Below are positions 54,653 to 64,000 of a stretch of DNA of 64,000 nt, piece after piece. The stretch is taken from NCBI RefSeq assembly GCF_006345805.1, contig NC_043000.1:114080001-114144000 (forward strand), read 5' to 3'. The DNA is from Octopus sinensis (lineage: Eukaryota). Within the stretch, counting starts at the first letter, position 1. Each line of letters opens with the position of its first letter. The notes below the pieces were generated by a model, which was not told the origin of the DNA, made no database searches, and saw only the letters and a program-made list of their open reading frames with translations. Made by a program: the position numbers and the translations under genes.

Positions 54653-54907
54653 TACACAAAATTTAGAGGACTGATCATTAAAAGTAGACAGCCTATACGC
54701 CAGATATAGATGTAAAAATCGCCATTTTCCACGAAGAATTTGCTCTCAAGAAAAAACTCAGCAAAAACCTGCTTATTTTTACATTTTGCTTTTTTTGCTG
54801 AGTTTTTTCTTGAGAACAAATTCTTCATGGAAAATGGCGATTTTAGCGTCTATATCTAGCGTATAGGCTGTCCACTTTTAGTGGCCAGTCCTCTAAATTT
54901 TGTATGT
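54653..54907. mobile_element. ~255-bp near-palindromic foldback/MITE
   Basis: tacacaaaatttagaggactg...aaactcagcaaaaa / tttttgctgagttt...cagtcctctaaattttgtatgta; arms ~115 bp. Confidence 0.8.
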
Positions 54908-57503
54908 AAAAAAATTTTTAATCTTCAGATTTTTTAAAAAATATGCTAGGCCACTGGTTTTAATTGATTAATATCAATTTCTACCCAAATTTAATTTTAA
55001 ATATATATATATAGAAGAGTGTTGTAGTGTCCTTGAAGTATTGCAGCATATGTAGGAAAGTGTGTATTTCAAAAAGGCTGTAGCAACAACAATACAGTTC
55101 AAGCATTAAATACTGATAACAAAGATAATGAAATATTGCTTTAGAAATATTTAAGTATAATATTTTAGGTAAAATGCTCCTTTGTGAAGGTGTTAAGGGA
55201 ACATGAGTGGGGTAAAGGTTTTGCATCCTTCATGATTCATCGTGAATCAGCATGCCGACATAAAGGATGCACAACTTCCTGCTCTCAGTTCCTTAAGATG
55301 TTAACAGCTTTGTGAAGATGGGCATTTTACCCGAAATATTAGGATTAAATATTGCTTAGGCAACATTACAATATCTTCGCTCCTGCTATTATTGATGATT
55401 GAATTTCTAACTGCATTGCTAAAACATGCTGTGTTCTATATATCTGTGTGAGTGAGTGTGTGTGTATGTGTTTGTGTGTGTGTGAGAGAGAGAGAGAAAG
55501 CGAGAGAGTATGTAAAAGTTCTTTGTGCTTTTTTCTCTGAAAGATGGGTGGATATAAGTTATTGCACCAATTTAGTTGCTTCCATTTACATGAATTCCTG
55601 AGGGAGATAAAGGAAACTTTTCTGAAAAACAAAATAATTCCCCTCTAATGAGGTTTCCATCTGTTTCTGAAATTTTTCTTTTTTTTCCTTTAAAATTTGT
55701 AATTTGAAAATATTGACAAGTTCAGTCTCAATTGCATTATTATCCATTGTTGGGAACCGGTTGAGCAGTGAGGTTAGTTGAAAAGAAGATTGGACAGAGC
55801 AGGACATTTTGCATTCAATTTGGTCAAGATACATGCCATTCCATAGTTTTAGTAGAGATAAGTATTTTGTACGTGTGTGTGTGTGATATTTTTTGTCTAT
55901 TTTGAGATGTAACAACATAAAAGGATTCAATCAGTTCTTCAGATGGGAATGTGGAGTGTGATGTGTGTTTCTTCTGTGGAAAGTTAACGGGATTACATAT
56001 CGAAACCAAGGTTTCAGTCAACACATTGTTCCCCTGATATGTAGCCGACCTGATGTTTGGCTCAACAAAATCTTGGCTTAAATTACATCCAATTCTGTTA
56101 ACCTTATTTATGTAACAACATGTGTGTGTGTGTGTGTGGTTGGTGTTGTGTAGAGGAGAAAAAGAAAGAAAAAGACAACAGGCAAGAGCAGATGCTTAAG
56201 CTTAAATAGGGAGAAAGAGAGAGACAGAAGGAGAGAAAGTATAAGACTGATGGACAGAAAATAGATAGGGAGGATACAAAAAAAAAAAATTATCATTTGA
56301 TGCTGGCAAACCAAAAATCACAGCCAAAAGGAAAAAAATTTTAAAAGCCTGGTTCTCTCCCTTTGTTAGCAGTCTATTGAAACATGAATACACATTTGTG
56401 TGTGTGTGTGTGTGTGTGTGTGGTTGGTTGGTTGTTTTTTTTTTTTTAATGGAGAAACAAACAAAAGGATGAAGCAAGTTAATTGTGGAGAGCAGGGAGT
56501 TGTTTTCTTTTGTAGTTAATGTTCAATATTAGGGGTGGTTAGGGTTAGAAGGGAGATAAAAAAAAAAAGCGGGGGTGGGGGGTTTCGTCTTCCAGCTTCT
56601 GAATTAGTCATCACCGTTTATGTTTTCATCTGTTTATTTCTTTTCATTTTTTTTCTTTTCTTTTTTTCACCAACCAAACAAACAAAAAAAAAATTAAAAA
56701 AAGCTGGACAAAACAAGGATTGTTTGGGCTTGGGTTAGGGGTCATGGGAGGTGTCGCATGTTCTTGTGGTGGCATGGCACAGTGTTGGCCCCATGGCAAC
56801 ACAACAGTGGAAAAGTTAGTTGAATAATAGGAGCGAATGACTGACTCGGCAACATCCAAGAATTAATATAATCATTATTATCATCCTCATCATGGTGGGT
56901 GAATATTTGTTTAGTTTTTGCATTGATGATGATAGTAGTAGTAGTAGTGGTAGTAATATTGGTAGTAGTATTGGTGGTAGTAGTAGTAGTAGCAGCAGCA
57001 GCAACAGAAAGAGAAGTGTAGATTTTTGTCAGGTTAGAAGAGGCACTGGTTCCATGAAAAACTGCCTCAAGGAAGAATGTCTGTTCTGCTACCAATCTTT
57101 TTGGTCCACTGTCGGTGCAATGTAGGGTTATGTCGCAATGTGGTCACCAAAACTGAATTCAGTCATGGGTAACCATTCTCAATGAGCGTCCATCATTGGT
57201 GTTGAAGTCACGTCCACAAAGTCACAAGGTAAACCACAACAGAAAAATGGACAATCACTGACCACGTAACGGAAACGATGGCTTCATTCTTCACATAACT
57301 TGTTTCCACCATTTTAGGGTCTTCACAATTTTTACCATTTTCTCTTCTTTTTTTGTTTCTTTTTTTTCTTTTTTTTTTTTTTTTTTTCAAAGTTTGGAAA
57401 AAGAAAAATTGTCATTTTCTGGAGAGTTTTCTTCTGTTTTTGTTTTCTTTTTCTTTTTAAACTTTTTCATTGGTCTGAATGTTATTCTTTGAACCATCAT
57501 TAT

Positions 57504-57541
<38 letters not shown>

Positions 57542-57714
57542 ATTGCAATTTAATAATGAAAGTATATTATTATGGTTAGGATAAAATATCCTTTGTTTTT
57601 GTTTTTTTGTTGTTTCTTCTTCTTACGCTTGTTTTATTTTTTTTTCTTGTTTAGGAGGGGAAGGAATAGCAATGGTTAGTAAGTAGTAGCGTCCACCATG
57701 CAAAGCATTCCTTT

Positions 57715-57894
57715 TCATGATGGTGGAAATATCCAGAGAAGCAGGAAGTTGGAAAGTAAAATGATTGCACAGAAGTAGGTAACAAGATAGTCTTTAGCTG
57801 TTAGTCGAGGAAAGCACATCAACTGCTCAACAGTGAAAGCGACTCGTGCAGGTCGTAACATCTCCACTATGTCATCGCATGCACAAAGGTGAGC
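57715..57894 (-). CDS. LRCH: LRCH-family gene, proximal alternative terminal exon (end of the CH domain plus a C-terminal transmembrane helix)
   Basis: Acceptor cttttgactttcatttcag|, phase 0, encoding AHLCACDDIVEMLRPARVAFTVEQLMCFPRLTAKDYLVTYFCAIILLSNFLLLWIFPPS*. Aligns with the other exon (C...DI.E....VA.TV..L) and ends like TM-tailed vertebrate LRCH isoforms (..WLFP..). Confidence 0.8.
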   Translation of the reverse strand, partial: AHLCACDDIVEMLRPARVAFTVEQLMCFPRLTAKDYLVTYFCAIILLSNFLLLWIFPPS

Positions 57895-58952
57895 CTGAAA
57901 TGAAAGTCAAAAGTTCCAAGTTGGGTGACTGTGACCTTTAAAGGATGGCATTCACGGGGATGGCAATCACTGGGAATGCCATACAGACTGAGACAGCAGA
58001 GACACGGTCAAAGTCTTGCAGCAAATTAGATTATTATTATTATTATTATTTATTATTATTATTATTGTTATTAAGTCAAATCAATAAGGAAATAAATGGA
58101 AAGCAAACTAAAGGTTTTTTTGGGTGGGGGATAAAGAAGAAGGAGGAAAAAGAAATAAAGGTGGCGAGAAAGGAAGATGGAAAGGGAACAAAATGCAGTC
58201 AGGTAAGAATAAGAATCGGTGTGAAAGACTGTGTGTGTGTGTTTGAGAAAGAACTGGTAGCATTGCCAAGCCATTTCGCTGAACAGAATGGCAATATGAA
58301 GAACTGTCCAGAAAAGCAACACTTCTAACTATATTGGTGAGAGGAGGGGAGTCATGTTTGAAGAGTCACAGAAGTAGGGATTACAAGGAATTCAAAGGAA
58401 TTTAAGGAGATGGGAAGAGTGGGGAGAGGTGTCTAGTGAGAGAAATCTATTTGTCTAATAGTGGAATCATCTTTACTTTAGGGACAGTTCTTCATTGAAA
58501 TAAAGTAAAGCCAACTGAAAAAAATATATTTAAAAATACAAAAATAAGAAAGAAAAGCTAGTGTAAAATTGTCTTGAAGCATCAAGTGTAAAGCAGCCAT
58601 AGGTAAGATATGGTGGTGGATGGGAGTAGGGGGGTAACTGATATTAATATGGAATCAATGGGGGACTTCCAAGACTAAAGAAAGGGACAAAAAAAAAAAG
58701 GGAAACCCTATCACTTTCTACTAACAATGACTTGGCCCTTTTAAATAAGGGCCAAGTGGCAGTCAGAAGTAAATTAATGGAACTGCCAATAAATAAACCA
58801 ATGTCTTGAAGTTTTACTCCCATGGCTGGGCCGTGTGTGTGTCTAGCAGTAAACCTCCACTGAAGAACCCCTTCTAAAATACCCCTTAACAACAGAACTA
58901 AGGAACATGAAGTGGGAAGCAGTATGTCAAGATACCCAATTATTCTTCAGAT

Positions 58953-59055
58953 AATAAAGTTCTATATTTAAGATGAGGAGTTATGTACATTATTTACATT
59001 AACAACAAACAAGATGAGGACAAATATCCGTCAAATGTAAATAATGTAAACAATG
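58953..59055. mobile_element. Tiny inverted 3'-end insertion of the 46112-46778 family with a 12-bp TSD
   Basis: gttctatatttaagatgagga (minus orientation) joined to aacaacaaacaagatgaggacaaatatccgtc (plus orientation). TSD tattcttcagat at 58941-58952 and 59056-59067. Confidence 0.75.
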
Positions 59056-60739
59056 TATTCTTCAGATGTTGCCATTTATTATTTTATTTCCAATTCTGAT
59101 AGAAAACGGATCTATAAGTTGGCACAGTTTGAGTTACAGAAATTGTTGGAATAATAAAGAATCGTCTTACCCATTGATCATACCCTCAGATCAATAGCTT
59201 TAATACTGCGATATAATTTACTATGCACCACATCAGTGTATTTACTATACACCACATCAGTGTGTGTAACTGACAGATCGCAACTACTATGCCTTAATAA
59301 CTCACTAAACACCAAATCAGTTTCTATAGTGGTGACCATTCACCACTAGTATACATTTGTAGGCACCTAAGTCTCCTTATATATAGCATACATTAGTATT
59401 TAGTACAATGACACATTAAACAGTGTCTGTACTAATGAGGGAACTGCTACATGGACACTCAACTTGCTAGAAACCACAACAAAATTTCCCTCAAATCAAA
59501 CCATACAGTTATAAAATAAGGGCACACTGGATAATGTAACCCTTGGATTACTGTCCCTAAATTTTTATGGCCGGAATGGCACTGGCCATAAGGCTTGGTT
59601 AACAAGGACTGACCAGGGGCTAAGCAACAACAACAAACTCAGCAAAATGCAATATGTCACAATTTTTGCAACAGAATTCAGTAAAAATGTTTTTGTGTTG
59701 GTGGCAGGGTTACTCGGCTTTCGGGTTAGGTAGAGTTAAACCAGGAGCCCCTTCACCGAGAATACTAGCAATGCAACATCTACAGTGGATGACTACTGAG
59801 TCAGTGTGCAAGGAGGAGGAAATCACAGAAGCATTAACAGGGGTGAGGGTGATAAGATGTTCAAATGGTAGCAGTCTACAGAATAACCAAAGCTGGTGCG
59901 ATATCAGCATAATCAAATGATCAAAATTGTTTCCATTGTTATGTGGTGGCAGTATACATAGAACAGCAAAGGCAAGCAAGACAACAATTCCTGCAGAGGT
60001 GGCCAGCACTAAATATTTTCTACTACAGGAAAGCAGGGTTGGATGAGTTGGTAAAATATCAGGTATATGGATAAAGGGTTAAACGGTTGATGTTTCATTA
60101 CCAGAGTTGTGTTGTGTCCATTAATTTCATAAATGTGTACCATGAGCAATGTTTAATTGGGGCAGGTGATAGGGTAGTATATCTTAACTTGCTGTCAACA
60201 CTAGACAAACAAAAGGAAACTCAGTTGAGGGTGTCACTTAGTGAGGACGACACCTTCAAGTGATGTCCCAATTATTTTAATCAAGCACTGGACGTTGTTA
60301 ATGTTTGTTAATTAGTAAAACAACTCAGCTAAAAGAATATAATTAAAGCTGGCTTATTGAATATATTAGAGAACAGGTATGAGATTAGTTTACTTAAGAT
60401 GAACAAAAGAACAAAGACAGCAACAACAAAACATTAAATAAACTGCCTGGTCTTTAACTGATAGAAATCAACATCACCATTATCATTATCAGTTAGAACA
60501 GTCAAACAACTCTCAGTATCTTAATGACAATAGCATCATGGATCTATATAGGAGCTCACCTTACTTCGTCCTCCCCCCACCTCCTATTTGTCATTGTATT
60601 GATAACTAGGTGTAATAGTGGCAAGAAGTTTGCTTCCGAAACACATGGTCCAGGTTCAGTCCCACTACATGGTACCTAGGACCGACCAAAGCCTTGTGAG
60701 CGGATCTGGTAGACAGAAACTGGAAGAGGCCCATCATAA

Positions 60740-60818
60740 ACATGGTGCAGCAAAAAGGTTGCCCCTGATTTCAAAAGTTAATAATTTGAAATAGGGGTAA
60801 CCTTTCTGCCACACCCTG
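60740..60818. mobile_element. Very short Tc1/mariner-type MITE remnant
   Basis: catggtgcagcaaaaaggttgcccct ... aggggtaacctttctgccacaccctg|ta. Confidence 0.6.
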
Positions 60819-60835
60819 TATGTGTGTGTGTGTGT

Positions 60836-60866
<31 letters not shown>

Positions 60867-61108
60867 TTCGTTTTTGGATTTGGTTTGCAAGATTCTTTAT
60901 ATGAGTTCGTGTGTTGAAGCATATTCTGTTGTGTCTGGGGAGAGTTATTTTCTTTTTGTGCCTTATAATGTAACACATTCACCGTGAAAAGGCTGCAAGA
61001 TGCAACGAAAATTTTAGGAAAATGAAAATAAGAAATAAGTGGAAATTTTACTGGTGAGTGAGTTACATTATAAGGCACAAAAAAAAATGACTCTCCCAGG
61101 CACAACAG
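60867..61108. mobile_element. Foldback PLE-type insertion (family of 23873-24210) nested in a SINE's internal microsatellite
   Basis: Shares tgtctggggagagt..ttttctttttgtgcc and gcaaga.gcaacgaaaatttta segments, arranged in inverted order. Confidence 0.75.
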
Positions 61109-62755
61109 TGTATATATATATATATATATATATACACCACACACACATTTGTGTGTGTGTGTGTGTCCCACCACTGCTTTACCGCCTATGTTAGTGTGTT
61201 TACATCCCTATAACTTAGCAGTTCAACAATAGAATGACTACTAAGTTTTAATAAAAATAGGTACTGGAGTTGACATTCAATCGACTAAGGAATTCTGTAT
61301 CTGAGAAGGGAACAAGAAATTATGTAACGGACTTATAGCATATGCATACTGAGTGCTAATACCTGGCCACTATCATCACTAAGCCTCAGCGAAATATTAG
61401 CTTTAAATTTTGGCACAAAACTAGCAATTTCAGGAAATGAGGGCGGGGTGAGTTGATTACATCAACCCCATTGTTCAATTAATATTTATTTTATCAACTC
61501 TGAAAGGATGAAAGCAAAGTCAAACTCGGGTGGAATTTGAACTCAGACTGTCAAAATGGATGAAATACTGCTCAGCAATTTGCCAGGTGTGCTAACAACG
61601 ATTCTACCAGCTCACCACCCAAAATATATTAAAATACATACACTTACATTCATCTGTGTATGTGTGTCCATGTGTGTGTGTGTGTGAGCATGTGTGTGTG
61701 CATATGAGCTCTCAGTTGTGTTTGGAATTGAGAGCCATTATCTAGTTCGGTAAGTGAAACATAATCAGGTTAGTTCCCGTGTTTCCGTAAAAGAGCAAAA
61801 TTGGTGCATGGTAACAGAGGCACCGTAGTCAATGGTTAGTAGTAGTAGTAGTAGAGACAGGGAAGAGAGGGGAGACATGGACAGCAGCAATAATAACAAC
61901 AGCAGCAACAACAACAACAACAACAGCAGCAGCAGCAGACAATAAGAAGACTTCCAGGGACACAGAAATCGGCAACAGAGGAAAGAAGAATTAATAGATG
62001 AGATGTGAAGGAGAGAAAGAAATAGAAGTGGTTTGTTGTTGTTTATGGAAAGACAACAACAACAACGGTTACAACTTCAAGTCAGGAGACAATTAAGGTA
62101 ACTATGTGGTCAGTTAACCTGCTAGACATAGCAGCAAAACAGTAAATTGACATGAAACCCTCTATTTCATCTTGAGAGAGAAAGGGGAAATTGGCCAGGG
62201 TAAGCACAGGTATATGAAATGGGGGTCAGAGTAGCAATAGCTTTGATCATCAATCTGCTCAACCAGGACACACTCAGGGCTAAACAACGACAAACAGAAG
62301 ACTATCCCCCATCGCCACTCATGTCTTTGACACTCTTATTTGCTTCCAAATATACTGATAATAACCCCTTGAAATAATCACAATAATATAAATAGAGTAA
62401 GTGGTAGGTGTTCAGAAGGGTGCCCAGCTGTAAAATCCTTGCCAAAACTGACCTCACCATTGCTTGTGCCATGTAAAAAGCACTAAGTCCACTCTGCTAG
62501 GTGGTTGGTATTCAGAGGGGCATCCAGCTGTAAAAGTCCTGCCAAAACAGTCACAGAAGTCTGGTGCAGGCTTCTGCCGGGCCAGTTCTTGTGAAACCAT
62601 CCCACCCATGCCAGCATGGAAGGCAGACGTTAAACGATGATGATGATGATGACTGAAAGCATATGACAATTCACTAAACTTAGTTATCAATAGTATCATC
62701 ATCAGCAGCAGCAGCATCACTATTATTATTATTAACCTCTATAAGGTGGCTAATA

Positions 62756-63088
62756 AGGTGAAGGTGCATGGCTCAGTGGTTAAAGTGTTGAGCTCACAAT
62801 CATAAGGTAGTGAGTTCGATTCCCAGACTGGAACGTTTGTTGTATTGTTGAGCAAGACACTTTATTCCACATTACATTGCTCCATTTCACTCAGCTGTAG
62901 AAATGAGTTGTGACATCACTGGTGCCAAGCCCTTGCCTTTCCCTTGAATAACACTGGTGGCGTGGAGAGAGGAGGCTAGTTATGCATGGGCGACTGCTGG
63001 TCTTCCACAAACAACCTTGCCTGGACTTGTGCCCCGGAGGGTAACTTTCTAGGTGAAATCGCATGATCATTCATGACCGAAGGGGACC
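62756..63088 (+). mobile_element. tRNA-derived SINE
   Basis: tggctcagtggttaaag (A box), gagttcgattccc (B box); reverse complement of 30700-31010. Confidence 0.85.
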
Positions 63089-64000
63089 AGGTGTTGAGCT
63101 AGCAGAACTGTTACTGCGCTGGACAAAAATGCTCAGTGGCAGTTCTTTGGATTTCGTGTTTTGAATTCCAATGCCACCAAGATTTACTTTGCCTTTCAAC
63201 CTTACATGGTTGATAAGATAAATACCAGCTGAGCACTGGGGTTGCTGTAATCGACTTTTCCTTCCCTTCAAAATTGCTGGCCTTGTGCCAAAATTAAAAA
63301 TGGTTATTAATCTTTATAACATCATCACATATTTTATTGTTCATTTAATCCAGTGGTTCCCAAACTTATTCAGACTGCCACCCACCTGCCACCCAGGCCA
63401 CATTCCTAGCACCCTCACCCCAACTAAAAATCAGAAACATAGACCCCTTTCCGAAGCAAATTCAAAGCAAATGTATTTCACAAATAAAACTTAACCTAAT
63501 GAACCCATTATTTTGTTGTTTTTACATGAATCGCTCCCCACCCATTATCGCCCCACGTTTTACATGAATCGCCCCCACCCCCACCATTATCAACCCACTT
63601 TTCTTCAATGCTCCCCTTGGAACTTTCCACCCCCCATCCCCAAGGGGAGCAATACTGCCCGCGTTGGGAACTACTGGAGTCTGGAGCAATTGGAGTCTGG
63701 ACAGACTCCCTGGCTGACCAATTCCTGCCAAACCATCCAACCCATGCCAGCATAGAAAACGGATGTTAAATGATGATGATGATGTTGAGGGAAGTCCTAA
63801 ATAAAGTTTATAGATCTATAAATCCAATATTAAAGAATGTATTTGTTAAAACAACAACAAAAAACAATATTAATTGTTGAAAGTAAATAAAAGAAAGTCT
63901 TGAATATAATTGGTGCCATTCTTAATTCTTGAATTAAGTGAAGAGAAGAGGCTACAATCAAATAAAGACTCTGACAATGGTAAAATTCCTGGAGTGGATT

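Noticed and set aside
59710-60009. 99-aa ORF with a hydrophobic N-terminus as an upstream LRCH exon
   Set aside because: No CH or LRR motifs and no convincing splice sites; the upstream exons appear to lie beyond the window.

Overview
Repeat-rich, AT-rich eukaryotic DNA. The repeat repertoire (tRNA-derived SINE families, very long (TA)n/(ATGT)n/(AGAT)n microsatellites) strongly suggests an octopus/coleoid cephalopod genome. Almost all ORFs in the six-frame track are microsatellite artefacts. Host gene: the 3' end of an LRCH-family gene (leucine-rich repeat + calponin homology) lies on the minus strand and is missed by the ORF track. It is present as two phase-0 alternative terminal exons 22 kb apart: a transmembrane-tailed one (57715-57894) and a soluble one (35362-35475). 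Mobile elements: a CR1/L2-type LINE RT fragment; a 2.8-kb inverted Penelope-like element (PLE) with a GIY-YIG remnant and two minimal hammerhead ribozyme motifs; several other PLE/hammerhead foldbacks, one apparently carrying a tRNA-derived Pol III head; a Tc1 transposon with DD36E spacing; an RTE LINE with three C2H2 fingers embedded in (ATGT)n; TA- and TTAA-flanked MITEs; tandem SINE arrays; and minisatellites. All homology calls come from recognising motifs by eye, not from database searches.
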